Shown one piece after another: positions 11,684-21,992 of a stretch of DNA of 64,000 nt. Both the position numbers and the translations under genes were made by a program. A model generated the notes under the pieces. The model searched no databases, had not been told where the DNA came from, and saw only the letters and a program-made list of their open reading frames with translations. This DNA is from an uncultured delta proteobacterium (GTDB taxonomy: Bacteria; Desulfobacterota; Binatia; UBA9968). The DNA lies in NCBI GenBank assembly GCA_963847445.1, contig CAWJZV010000008.1, positions 64,001 through 128,000 on the forward strand, written 5' to 3'. The first letter of the stretch is position 1. The number at the start of each line of letters is the position of its first letter.

Positions 11684-12703
11684 CTACTTCACCCCATAGG
11701 CAGCATAGAGCTGATCGATGAATCCGCTCTCATCGAGTTCGCGCATGATTCTTCCGTCGATCAGGCTTTCGGTTTTGAGGTCGGCGACGGCGGGGTTGCG
11801 CTGCGCCATCAGGCGCTGGACGTTGCGTAAACCTTCGAGCGAGGGGAATGGTTTGCGGTCGGTGGCTTGCTGCAGGTCCTGATAACCGCGCTCGGCGAGG
11901 TCCGGGTCGGTGATTTTCAAATTGCGCATGATGGCGGCGATCACGGCGGGCTTCATTTTGGGACTGAGGGCGTAGGCAACTCCTTCCAGCCATCCCTTCA
12001 CCACGTTGCGCGAGACGTCGGGCTGCTGTTGCAGAAAGTTGCCGCGGGCGACGATGCCGTTGCTGACGAAGGGAATATTGGCTTTGGACAGCTCGACGAG
12101 GATGGAAAAGCCGCGCGCCTTGAGCGTGTTGCTAAAGGCGCTGTCGACGACGATCGCGTCGACGGTGCCCCTTTCTAGCGCTTGGGTGAGCAGCGTTTGT
12201 TCGCCGGCGGCGACGACTTGAATCGAGTCGCGGCGCGGGTCGAGCCCCAAGTGTTCGAGGCCTAACAGTCCGGCCATCCAAATCGTTCCGCCGATCGCCT
12301 GAATGCCCAGTCGTTTGCCGCGCAGGTCTTTGCCGTCTTTGATCGACGAGCTGGCGACGATATCGAAGGGGATGCGGCTGGTGAACGTGCCGATGACCTT
12401 CAAATCCAAACCGCCTACCACGGCGCCCAGGGCGGTGCTGCCGCCGCTGTTGGCGAGCTGGATTTGGCCGGTGGCGAGAGTGGCGAACAATGCCGGCGCG
12501 CCGGGCATATAGACGGCTTGCAACTGCACCCCGTATTTCGAGAAGAAGCCTTTCTCACGGGCGAGCCATAGCGGGCTCACCCTGGCGCTGATGTTGGCGT
12601 AGCCGAGCATGACGTCTTGGGCGCCTGGGCCGCGCGCACCGTGTGCGGCGCCGCCAGTAGGCAGATAATACCGACAATCAGGCCGGCAGGTTTTGTTACG
12701 CAT
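11684..12703 (-). CDS. NMT1/THI5 (SsuA-like) ABC substrate-binding protein
   Basis: PLWLAREKGFFSKYG, DLRGKRLG, RELDESGFIDQLY. Confidence 0.85.
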   Translation of the reverse strand: MRNKTCRPDCRYYLPTGGAAHGARGPGAQDVMLGYANISARVSPLWLAREKGFFSKYGVQLQAVYMPGAPALFATLATGQIQLANSGGSTALGAVVGGLDLKVIGTFTSRIPFDIVASSSIKDGKDLRGKRLGIQAIGGTIWMAGLLGLEHLGLDPRRDSIQVVAAGEQTLLTQALERGTVDAIVVDSAFSNTLKARGFSILVELSKANIPFVSNGIVARGNFLQQQPDVSRNVVKGWLEGVAYALSPKMKPAVIAAIMRNLKITDPDLAERGYQDLQQATDRKPFPSLEGLRNVQRLMAQRNPAVADLKTESLIDGRIMRELDESGFIDQLYAAYGVK

Positions 12704-12751
12704 GATATCCTCGGCAAATCGGCGCGGAAAATCGGGCTAGTACGCGTCAAA

Positions 12752-13831
12752 TTATTTCCGTCTCATAAACAACTTCTGCATCAGCCCTTCCCACTCGGCG
12801 TATTTCTTCTCGGCTTCTTCGACGCCATATTTTTCGTCGATATAGGATTTTTTGAACTTTTGCGCCAGCGAACCGATGTCTTCCCGCGGCGACCAGAGGC
12901 CGCCTTTCATAATCATCTGCTGGCCTTCTTTCGAGTGCATCCAGTCGATGAACAGCAGCGCCGCGTACGGGTGCGGCGCTTTGGCCAACAGGCCGGTGTA
13001 GGCGACGGTGGTGACCACCGGCTCCAGCGGGCGCCATTCCACCGGCGCGCCCTTTTGCTTGGCCTGCGTAATGTTGGCGTCGAAGATGGTCGGCGACAGC
13101 GGCACTTCGCCGGAGACCACCAGGCCGGCCAGGGCTGCGCCGGCCATGTTTTGGACCTTGATCTCTTGCTCGGCGATTTTCTCCAGGTATTCCCGGCCGA
13201 AGTTTTCCATCGTGTTGCCGATCCAGCGGGTGCCCGTCGTCGTGTTGACGATGGATATCTTGCCTTTCCATTTGGGATTCAGCAGATCTAGCATAGTCTT
13301 CGGCGCCTCGGCCGGCGTGATCGCCGCTGTGTTGAAACCCAAGCTGGCGTAGGTCTCGTAATGGCCGACGTAATGAAACCCATTCTTGCTTTTGGGCTTA
13401 ACCTCGTCTGGATAGAAGCGCGCTTCGGGCGTCCAATGCTCAAGAAACAGACCCTCCCGCCTCATCATGTCCATCTGCTCGCCGGTGGTGGCGATGATAT
13501 CGGCGAGATATTGACCGGCTTTGTTTTCCTCGATGGCGCGCTTGATCAAGGTCCGGCCGTCGGTGCGGTATTCGGTAACCTTGATGAAGGGAAATTTCTT
13601 CTCGAACTCCTTGGCCATGGTACGGTACCAACTATGGGAACCGTACAACATCATGGCGCCTTCCTTCTTGGCGCCCTCGATGAGAATCTTCTCCCGGTCG
13701 GAGCCTTGGTAGAGGGCGACTTGCGCGACTGTCATGGGCGCATTGGCGGCTATGACAGTCGCGCCATTTAACAGACACGCGGTTAACGCCGCCGATATCG
13801 TGCGGCTGTAATAGCTCTTGTCGATAACCAT
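12752..13831 (-). CDS. FbpA/AfuA-like solute-binding protein
   Basis: ALYQGSDREKILIEGAKKEG, DLLNPKWKGK, APHPYAALLF. Confidence 0.87.
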   Translation of the reverse strand: MVIDKSYYSRTISAALTACLLNGATVIAANAPMTVAQVALYQGSDREKILIEGAKKEGAMMLYGSHSWYRTMAKEFEKKFPFIKVTEYRTDGRTLIKRAIEENKAGQYLADIIATTGEQMDMMRREGLFLEHWTPEARFYPDEVKPKSKNGFHYVGHYETYASLGFNTAAITPAEAPKTMLDLLNPKWKGKISIVNTTTGTRWIGNTMENFGREYLEKIAEQEIKVQNMAGAALAGLVVSGEVPLSPTIFDANITQAKQKGAPVEWRPLEPVVTTVAYTGLLAKAPHPYAALLFIDWMHSKEGQQMIMKGGLWSPREDIGSLAQKFKKSYIDEKYGVEEAEKKYAEWEGLMQKLFMRRK

Positions 13832-13966
13832 GGTTTCTTCCTCTGTTAGTCGGCTTGATTCCGGCTTGGTTAACGTCGGCGCAGCAGGTTTTCCCATTGG
13901 CCTAGTTTCACTTCCATCTCTTCCGACGAATACTTTTCGTCCATCTAGTTTTTCTGCCGAATGAAA

Positions 13967-15049
13967 TTATCTTTTTCTGATAAAATGTTTTTGAATCAAC
14001 TCTTCCCACTCGGATAGTTTCTTTTCGTACTCGTCGACGGAATATTTCGCTTCGAAATAAACTTTCTTGAACTTCTGGTTGACCAGCGACTCGACATCGT
14101 CGCGCGGCGAGCTCAGACCGCCTTTGACAATGAACTGCTGGCCCTCCTTGGAGTGGAGGTAGTCGATGAGCAGCAGCGCCGCGTGGGGATGGGGCGCTTT
14201 GCTGACGATGCCCGAGTAGCCGACGTTGGCGATCACCGGTTCCACCGGCAGCCACTCGACCGGCGCGCCCTTGCGCTTGGCGACGAAAATATTCGAGTCG
14301 AAAATCGTCGGCGAGATCGGCACTTCGCCGGTGACCACGAGATTGGCCAGGGCAGCACCGGATAGTTTGTGAACGTTGATGTCGTGGCGGCCGAGTTTTT
14401 CAATGAACTCTCGTCCCGCCGATTCCACCACGGCGCCCACCCAGCGCGCCGAGGTGGCGCCGCCGGCCAGCGACATCTTGCCTTTCAGCCTGGGGTCGAG
14501 CAGGTCGTTGAGCCGCTTCGGCGCGTCGGCAACGGCGACATGGGTCGTGTTGAAGCCCAGGCTGATATAGGTCTCGCGGTCGGCCCAATAGAAGACGCCG
14601 CGTTTTCCTTTGGCCACCACGTCGTCGTCAAAAAAGCGCAGCTCGGGCGACGCGTGTTCTTGCAAAAGATTGTTTTTATGCAGCCCACCGATGTTGCCCG
14701 CGGTGCTTTCGACGACATCGGTGAGAAAACGGCCGGCGCGGTTCTCCTCGATGACGCGCTTCATCACATCGGCGCCGTCGGCGCGCCATTCGGCGACTTT
14801 GATGAATGGATATTTTTTTTCGAACTCTTGGGCGACCGCCTTGAACCAGGTGTGGGAGTTGTAGAAAACCACCTGGCCTTCTTTCTTGGCGCCCTCAATG
14901 AGGAGCTTTTCCCGGTCAGCACCTTGGTAGAGGGCGATCTGAGCAGCCGACACCGGCGCATTGGCGGCGCCCAGGCGGCTTGCGGTAAAGCTCGACGACC
15001 CCACGCAAAACGTCAGCAGAGCGAACTGAATCGCACGCAACCAAAACAT
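13967..15049 (-). CDS. FbpA/AfuA-like solute-binding protein
   Basis: RBS AGGAGG, signal peptide, IALYQGADREKLLIEGAKKEG, APHPHAALLL. Confidence 0.87.
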   Translation of the reverse strand: MFWLRAIQFALLTFCVGSSSFTASRLGAANAPVSAAQIALYQGADREKLLIEGAKKEGQVVFYNSHTWFKAVAQEFEKKYPFIKVAEWRADGADVMKRVIEENRAGRFLTDVVESTAGNIGGLHKNNLLQEHASPELRFFDDDVVAKGKRGVFYWADRETYISLGFNTTHVAVADAPKRLNDLLDPRLKGKMSLAGGATSARWVGAVVESAGREFIEKLGRHDINVHKLSGAALANLVVTGEVPISPTIFDSNIFVAKRKGAPVEWLPVEPVIANVGYSGIVSKAPHPHAALLLIDYLHSKEGQQFIVKGGLSSPRDDVESLVNQKFKKVYFEAKYSVDEYEKKLSEWEELIQKHFIRKR

Positions 15050-15084
15050 CGTCACCTCCTTGGTCAACTTGCCGGATAGCCGCG

Positions 15085-15113
15085 AATTTATGGATTGTCG
15101 CCTTATCTGTCAA
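15085..15113 (-). promoter_or_regulatory. Putative sigma-70 promoter for the SBP cluster
   Basis: Minus strand TTGACA-17 nt-TAAATT upstream of the 15049 start. Confidence 0.5.
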
Positions 15114-15254
15114 TCCGAAACCGAACCCCTGTACGCGACGCGCTGAAGAAAAAGATTGTCAACTTGGGAGCCCCCAAGTTGACACAACGCGCGTTATTCC
15201 AATAGTCTAACCAGAGTTAGATCTTGGGCTGTGACGGAGTCGCTTAAATCAAAC

Positions 15255-15596
15255 ATGCCGTTATTCGAATATCGCTGTGGCAAGTGCGCAGCCATCACTG
15301 AGGCGCTGATCCAGCGCGCTGAGTCCAATGGCGGGACCGTAACTTGCGCGCACTGCGGCAGTGCGGCGGTGACCAAGTTGTTTTCGCTGGTGAGCTTCAA
15401 AGTCGCGCGCCGGGCCAAGTATAGCGACGAGTTTCTCGATAAAGCGAAGCCGTTTTTGCAGAGGCAAAGAGCGACCGCTCAGTATTTCACCGAAGGCCAT
15501 GGCTCGGACGATTCGAAGACGTTTGAGCTTGCCGAGCAGATTGGCAAGCGCATCGATCGGACACTGGCGAGCCAGTTGCCGACGCGCAAAAACTAG
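15255..15596 (+). CDS. FmdB-family zinc-ribbon protein
   Basis: MPLFEYRCGKC...CAHCGS...KLFS signature. Confidence 0.85.
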   Translation: MPLFEYRCGKCAAITEALIQRAESNGGTVTCAHCGSAAVTKLFSLVSFKVARRAKYSDEFLDKAKPFLQRQRATAQYFTEGHGSDDSKTFELAEQIGKRIDRTLASQLPTRKN

Positions 15597-15633
15597 CCGC
15601 CGCCGGCGCAAATTTTGTCGAGGGGGGCGAACC

Positions 15634-16770
15634 ATGTGGAACGGATTTAAAGTCATCGACTCGGATGCGCACCACCATGAGCCGCAAGATTTATGGGCGC
15701 GCTACGTCGAGCCAAAATTCCAGGATCGAGTGCCGCGGGTTATCGGCATGAAGCGCAACTTTTTTGTCTACGCGCCCGACCAAAAATTTTCGACAATGCT
15801 TGAACAGGGCGGCGACTATCGTCCGAACCACGACCAGTGGATGGCTGACAAGTATGGCGACGCTTACGACCGCTGGTGGTGCCCCGAAGTTCGTCTCAAA
15901 GACATGGATCGTTTTGGCTGGGATATCCAGGTGATTCTCTCAACTAACGGCAACCGCATCATGGAGGCCGCGCTGGCTGACGCGGAAGTCGGCCTAGCGA
16001 TGGCCCGGGCGTACCACAACTGGTGCTACGATTACGCCAGCGCCGACTCGGCGCGGCTAAAATTCACCGCCACGTTGGCGGCCGGCGACTCAGCTGGAAT
16101 GGTTGTCGAAGCGCGCCGTGCGGTGGAGCAGCTCGGCGCCGTCTCGGTGCGCAACCCGCTGTTGCCCAAGGGTAAATGGCTGCATGAGCCTGACTACGAT
16201 GGCTTGTGGCAACTCGCTGACGATCTCGATTTTCCAATCTCGCTGCATGGCGAGTCGCGCCACCTTAGAGCCGCGCCGTTTCGCGAACTGCGCGCCGCGG
16301 AGATCTTTAGCGCTCTCGATCACATCATCGGCTTTCCCATGGATAACATGGTGACGATGGCGCATTTTATTTTCGGCGGAGTTTTAGAACGCTTCCCGAA
16401 ACTCCGCCTCGGCGTATTGGAGTCAAACGCCGGCTGGGCGAATTTTTGGCTGCCCCGGATGGACGACCACTCCCATGGGCGCCGGCTCGTCTTGGGCGCC
16501 GGTTTGCCGATGAAACCGAGCGAGTATGTCAAACGGCAATGTGTGATCTCCGCGGATCCCGACGAGCCAGGCCTCGATGACGTCATCAAATTCATGGGTG
16601 ACGATAATTTGGTGTGGAATACGGACTACCCGCACCCGGATGCGCCCGATCCGGATAAGGTGCTGCCCTGGTTCGGCGCTCAACCGATCTCAGACGATAG
16701 CAAGCGAAAGATTCTGTGGGACAACGCGGTCCGGCTCTACGGCCCCCGCCTGTTGGAAAGAGCGCCGTAA
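15634..16770 (+). CDS. Amidohydrolase family 2
   Basis: VIDSDAHH, LERFPKLRLGVLE, TDYPHPD, RKILWDNA. Confidence 0.9.
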   Translation: MWNGFKVIDSDAHHHEPQDLWARYVEPKFQDRVPRVIGMKRNFFVYAPDQKFSTMLEQGGDYRPNHDQWMADKYGDAYDRWWCPEVRLKDMDRFGWDIQVILSTNGNRIMEAALADAEVGLAMARAYHNWCYDYASADSARLKFTATLAAGDSAGMVVEARRAVEQLGAVSVRNPLLPKGKWLHEPDYDGLWQLADDLDFPISLHGESRHLRAAPFRELRAAEIFSALDHIIGFPMDNMVTMAHFIFGGVLERFPKLRLGVLESNAGWANFWLPRMDDHSHGRRLVLGAGLPMKPSEYVKRQCVISADPDEPGLDDVIKFMGDDNLVWNTDYPHPDAPDPDKVLPWFGAQPISDDSKRKILWDNAVRLYGPRLLERAP

Positions 16771-16822
16771 CCGCGGCGGTTTCTTGTATTTGAGACCCGC
16801 CAAGGTATTCAGGATAAATGCC

Positions 16823-17764
16823 TCAGCGCAGCTTCGCTTTGTTTTCCACCAGCCAGTTGGCGATGCGCGCGATGCCATCTTCCAAATATATCTTCGGTTG
16901 CCAGCCCAGTTCTTTTCTCGCCAGCGAGATGTCGAGCGGGCTGCGCAGCCGGTGCGGCGCGACTTCGGCGGCGTTGGGATGTTTGCCGATTTCAAATTCC
17001 AAGCTCGGCAGGGCTTTTTGAATCGCGCGCTGCAAATCGTCACTGACGTAGGCTTTGTCGAGGCCGATGTTATAGGCTTTACTGAGCGGGCCGGCGGTGA
17101 AAAGGGCGCGGCTGATGCCGTCGACGACATCGTCGACGAAAATTAAATCGTCCAGCGGGCGGGTGAGAAACGGCCGGCAGGGCTGGCCGAGGATGCCTTT
17201 TTTCAATTCCAACGGGATGCTGCGATAGAGTCCCGGGCCATAGACCGAAGAATATCTCAGGGCGACGAAGTCGACGCCATGCTTCTCCTGGTAAAAATTT
17301 CCCATCCATTCGGAGACGGTTTTCGCGGCGCGGTAGAAATAAGTCGGATAGATCGTCACGGCGTCGTCTTCTTTGACCAGACCGCCATCGGGTTTGTTGA
17401 CCTGGCCGTAGATCGACGCCGAGCTGGAATAGACCACACGCTGGATATTTAAGTCCTTCGCCGCTTCCAGGATATTGGTCATGGCTTTGTAGCAGTAGTC
17501 CAACACGGTCGGCGTCTCGTCGCGCGGCGGATGGGCGGCATGAAACAGATGGGTCGGCCGTTCCTTTTCACAGAGGGCGCGGAACGCGGCGCTGTCGGTG
17601 ACGTTCATCAAGTGGCTGGTGGCTTTGACGCCAAGTAAAGTGAGATCCGGCGCGCGCGGGACGACGTCGATGGCCACGACTTTGTGGCCTGCCGACTCCA
17701 TCAGCTTGGTGCAGTGGGAGCCGATGAAGCCGTTGGCGCCGGTGATCAGTACGGTTGCTGACAT
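16823..17764 (-). CDS. NAD-dependent epimerase/dehydratase (extended SDR)
   Basis: LITGANGFIGS, YSSSASIYG, YRAAK (YxxxK), LRYSSVYGP. Confidence 0.9.
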   Translation of the reverse strand: MSATVLITGANGFIGSHCTKLMESAGHKVVAIDVVPRAPDLTLLGVKATSHLMNVTDSAAFRALCEKERPTHLFHAAHPPRDETPTVLDYCYKAMTNILEAAKDLNIQRVVYSSSASIYGQVNKPDGGLVKEDDAVTIYPTYFYRAAKTVSEWMGNFYQEKHGVDFVALRYSSVYGPGLYRSIPLELKKGILGQPCRPFLTRPLDDLIFVDDVVDGISRALFTAGPLSKAYNIGLDKAYVSDDLQRAIQKALPSLEFEIGKHPNAAEVAPHRLRSPLDISLARKELGWQPKIYLEDGIARIANWLVENKAKLR

Positions 17765-17808
17765 GATGCCTCCTTAGTTGCCGCGCGTGGATTTCTCCCC
17801 ATCGCAGC

Positions 17809-18843
17809 CTAGTTTTTGCGATAAAGACCGTCGATGAAGCCGGATTCATCGAGTTTGCGAACGATTCTATTGTCGATGATCTCTTCGACTTTGGCATGGC
17901 TGGCTTTGGGATTGATCGTCGACATGATCCGTTGAATGTTGCGCAGGCCGTCCAAGGCGGCGTAGGGTTTGCGCTCCAGGCCGACGAGCAGATCCTGATA
18001 GCCGTCTTCCAAAAGCGCCAAGTCGTTGAGTTTCATATGGCGCGCCATGATTTGCAGCACGCTGTTTCGGTTCGCCGGCGCGGTGATGAACGCTTGCGCC
18101 TCGAACATCGCTTTCAACACCGCTTCGACGGTTTCCGGCCGTTCTCTGAAAAAACTACCGCTTACCGCCCAGGCGGTGTTGGTGAAGGGAATCTTGGCGC
18201 GCTGCAACTCGATCAGCACCGGCAACCCTTTTGATTTCGTCCGCCGGCTGAGAAACGGATCGAGCAGCGTGGCGTCGATTTGCGCCGATTCCATCGCTTG
18301 AGCGAGGATCGTCTGGTTGCCGATGGCGTTGATGCGGATTTGATCGCGGTGGGCGTCGAGTCCCAAATGTTCGAGGGCGAGATAGGCGGCCATCCACACC
18401 GTGCCGCCGATGCTGGTGATGCCGAAGCGCTTGCCGCGCAAGTCCTTGGCTTCCTTGATTTCCGGCCGGACCACCAGATCGTAGGTTAGCCGGTTGCTCG
18501 GACTGGCGATGATTTTGATATCTTGCCCGGCTGCCGCGGCGCCGAGCACCGGCGAACCGCCGCTGGCGGCGAACTGAACTTCGCCGGTGCTGAGGGCGGT
18601 CATCTGCATCGGACTGCTGCGCAGATAGACGACTTCGGCTTCGACGCCATGCTTGGCGAACAGGCCGAGCTCTTGGGCGCTCCAGAGAATCGTCGAGCGC
18701 GCGCTCACCGCCGACTGGCTGATGCGGACTTTGACCGCCGGTTTTGTAGTTTTCTCAGCGGCTTGCGCGCCATACCCCGACGCCGTTGCCACCCAGCACA
18801 GGGCAATGGCCAAGGCCCGGCAGCTCTTTAGCGGCGCGCTCAT
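17809..18843 (-). CDS. NMT1/THI5-like ABC substrate-binding protein
   Basis: GLFAKHG, DLRGKRFG, RKLDESGFIDGLY; paralog of 11684..12703. Confidence 0.85.
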   Translation of the reverse strand: MSAPLKSCRALAIALCWVATASGYGAQAAEKTTKPAVKVRISQSAVSARSTILWSAQELGLFAKHGVEAEVVYLRSSPMQMTALSTGEVQFAASGGSPVLGAAAAGQDIKIIASPSNRLTYDLVVRPEIKEAKDLRGKRFGITSIGGTVWMAAYLALEHLGLDAHRDQIRINAIGNQTILAQAMESAQIDATLLDPFLSRRTKSKGLPVLIELQRAKIPFTNTAWAVSGSFFRERPETVEAVLKAMFEAQAFITAPANRNSVLQIMARHMKLNDLALLEDGYQDLLVGLERKPYAALDGLRNIQRIMSTINPKASHAKVEEIIDNRIVRKLDESGFIDGLYRKN

Positions 18844-18850
18844 GCGGCAA

Positions 18851-19921
18851 CTAGCGCTTGCTGATGAACAGCTTGCGCATGAGTCCCTCCCACTCGTTCA
18901 TTTTTTTCTCATATTCTTCGGGCGTGTATTTGCTTTCGAGGTAGAGTTTTTTGAACTTTTGCTCCAACGACCCGATATCGCTTCGTGGCGAGCTGAGCCC
19001 GCCTTTCATGGCGACCTGCTGCCCTTCCTTGGAATGAATGTAGTCGAGAAATAGCAGCGCGGCATGGGGATGAGGCGACCCAAGCACCATACCGGAAATG
19101 CCGACGCCGGCGATCACCGGGTCCAAGGGGCGCCATTCCACCGGCGCGCCTTTTTGCTTGTGGGTCAAGATGTTGGAATTAAAAATCGTCGGCGATAGGG
19201 GAACCTCGCCGGAAGCGACGAGTCCGGATAAAGCCGCGCCTGAAATATTCTGCACATTGATCTCTTGGGCGCTGAGCTTCTCGAGAAATTCGCGGCCCAT
19301 CAGCTCGAGCAGCGCGCCGATCCATTGCGTTCCGGTCGTGGTTCCGGCAATCGACATTTTTCCTTTCCATTTGGGATCGAGATAATCTTTGATGCTCTTC
19401 GGCGCGTCCGCGGGCGCGATCACCTTCGAGTTGTATCCGAGGCTGATGTAAATTTCGCGGTTGGACCAGCCGTAAACGCCGTTTTTGCCTTTGAGCTTTG
19501 CCTCATCATCGTAAGCGCTCAGCTCCGGCGAGAAATGCTCATAGAGCATTTTTTCGCGCAACATAATCGCCATGTACTCGGGGCTGGTTTCGACAACGTC
19601 GGCGATGTTGCGGTTCGCAGCGATCTCCTCCGTGAGCCGCTTCAACAGCGCTTTGGAGTCGCTGCGCCAGACGTTGGCCTTGACGAAAGGATATTTCTTT
19701 TCGAACTCCTGCGAGACCGGGCCGGCCACCCATGTGTTTGACGTGTAAAAGACGACCTGGCCTTCTTTCCGGGCGCCTTCGAGTAAAATCTTTTCCCGGT
19801 CCTTGCCTTGGTAGAGCGCCAGTTCAACCGGCGACAGCGGTTTGGCCTGGGCCGCCAAGGAGGATGCGGTTGGTAGGCCGGCCATTAGCAATACAAAGAT
19901 CAGCAACGTTTTAGAAAGCAT
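18851..19921 (-). CDS. FbpA/AfuA-like solute-binding protein
   Basis: LALYQGKDREKILLEGARKEG, LDPKWKGK, GEVPLSPTIF. Confidence 0.87.
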   Translation of the reverse strand: MLSKTLLIFVLLMAGLPTASSLAAQAKPLSPVELALYQGKDREKILLEGARKEGQVVFYTSNTWVAGPVSQEFEKKYPFVKANVWRSDSKALLKRLTEEIAANRNIADVVETSPEYMAIMLREKMLYEHFSPELSAYDDEAKLKGKNGVYGWSNREIYISLGYNSKVIAPADAPKSIKDYLDPKWKGKMSIAGTTTGTQWIGALLELMGREFLEKLSAQEINVQNISGAALSGLVASGEVPLSPTIFNSNILTHKQKGAPVEWRPLDPVIAGVGISGMVLGSPHPHAALLFLDYIHSKEGQQVAMKGGLSSPRSDIGSLEQKFKKLYLESKYTPEEYEKKMNEWEGLMRKLFISKR

Positions 19922-19954
19922 CGAGCGATCTCCCTTGTTTGGCTAGATAATAAG

Positions 19955-21133
19955 CTAATCGAAGTAACCGTGCTTGTGCGCCCACAGCCATAGGTAGGCG
20001 ATTTTTTCATTGTAAAGCTCGGAATAGCCAACGTGGCCATAGCGTGGGATGAAAACAACATGGGCGCCGCGTGTGTTTGCGGCATATTTCCGCGCCCATG
20101 AACATCTCGCGCTTGTTTTCCAACGGCGCGCCGCCGTTGACCCAGTGGCCCTTGTCGTTTTCGCCGGCGACAAGCAAAACGCGAATCGATTGCAGCCAAT
20201 TCGCATCCGGTTCCTGTAAGTGATCGAAGTACTCTTCGCGCGGCAGGCCGGTGCGCTTGGGGTACTCTTCCAAGATGTCCCACCGCTGCGTTGTGCTGGT
20301 TATCGCACAAACTGGTTTTCATTTGGGAACGCAGCGGGCTGACCAGACGAATGTAATCGTCAGCGCCGCCCCACGGCGTTAAGTCCTCCGGATCGACGTA
20401 GCCTGAGTTTTTGAACGAGTCCGGGGAGCGCCGCGACACATGGTCCACTGGAATCTCCCGGTATTTTTCCGCGCCGGTCTGGTCGCGCCACTCCTTGCGC
20501 CAGCCGTCGGGGCCGCCGCTGCCAAATCCGACCAGGCCGATCACTTTGGTTCTCTTGCTGAAACGCGCCAGGTGCGCGGCCATGGGACCGCCGGTGGAAT
20601 GGCCGAAGCCGATGATTTCACGTCCCGCCAGATGTTGATCAGTAAGCGCCCCTGCCCCCTGGAGAATGACGTTGAAGGTGCATTTCAAATTGCGGTCAGC
20701 AATTTCTTCCTGACTCAGCTCTCGATCCATGAGATAGATCGGCATGCGCTCGGGGATGGGAACTTTCCACACGCCGCCTGGCGGGTAATGGCCTGGATAG
20801 GTGAGCGCGAGGACTTTGAAACCCCTGGGCAGCGACAACCCGCGCCAGACCGGGCCGTCCGTCGGGCGTCAAGTCCATGATCTTTTCACTGCCTGCGCCG
20901 CCGTGAAAAAAGACAAAGGCGCGGCGCGGATCGGTTTCCTGCTCCGGCGTGTACAGCGTGCCGTGCATGTCCCAGTCGTAACCGTTGCGCTGATAACGAG
21001 CGGTTACATCGGTGCTGGTAAACTTTCTGTCAGAGTAGGGTGGCGCGATGGCCAACCATTCGTCCCAGGTGAACTTCAATAACAGCTCGTCGGATTTCAA
21101 TCCATCTAAGTATTTTTCGATAGCGCTGGCCAT
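19955..21133 (-). CDS. Alpha/beta-hydrolase-fold protein of unknown function (frameshifted)
   Basis: FFHGGAGS oxyanion loop, GHSTGG nucleophile elbow, VAGENDKGH, YGHVG across ORFs 20696, 19900, 20007 and 19955. Confidence 0.7.
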
Positions 21134-21147
21134 GGCAGTGTCTCCGG

Positions 21148-21979
21148 TTACGATTTGCTGGCGTAGGTGTCGAGATAATACTTGGCGATCTCGCCTTTGG
21201 TGGCGAACCAAACATCGGGAAACCCTTTGGCGTAGCGAATGCATTCTTCGAACACGCCGATGATGTTGGGCCGGCCGCCGATATGGGCATGGACCAGGCA
21301 ATCGATCAGCTTGGGCGCGCCGGCTTGTCCTTCGGCGTAGAGACAATCGAAGGCGGCTTTGAAACTATCGAAATAGTCTCGCGCAGGGTTTTTGTGGGTG
21401 AACAAAAGGCTCAAATCATTGGCGTAATCGAGCCGCGGCATGATGATCAAAGGTTTGCCGTTGACCATGCGATGCTGCGGAATATCGGGCCCCGGCAGGT
21501 CACCGGTCCAAAAAATGCCTTCGTCGACGAAATTACCGAAGGTGATAGTCGTTGACGCGATGGCCGGGACTTACCCAGCCCACTGGACGTTTACCGGTCA
21601 CCGATGCGATGGCATCGAGCGTACGCTTGATCAACGCTCGTTCACTGGCGGCATCGAGCTCGGAAAGGGCCGTGTCGTTGACCCAACCGTGGCCGACGAT
21701 TTCATGGCCGCCGGCATGGAGCTCTTTCAAAGCGTCCGGAAAATCTTCGGCGATGCGGCCGTTGGTGTCGATGGTGCCTTTGACGCCGTTGCGGCCGAGC
21801 GCATCCATGATGCGCCAGATGCCGGCCTTGCCGCCGTATTCGCCGTAGGCGAGCGATGCGTAATCCGGTTTGCCCTCGCTGCGGCGATACTGTGAAGATT
21901 TTTCGAAAGCTTCGAAGGCAACGAAGAAGCTGACGGCGATCTTGGCGTTGTTCGGCCACTTGATCGGTGCGAGTCTCAT
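21148..21979 (-). CDS. Polysaccharide deacetylase family, PuuE/allantoinase-like (frameshifted)
   Basis: WPNNAKIAV, EYGGKAGIWR, HEIVGHG, PVGW, FDCLYAEG, HAHIGGRP. Confidence 0.85.
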
Positions 21980-21992
21980 AATGGTTTCCTTT

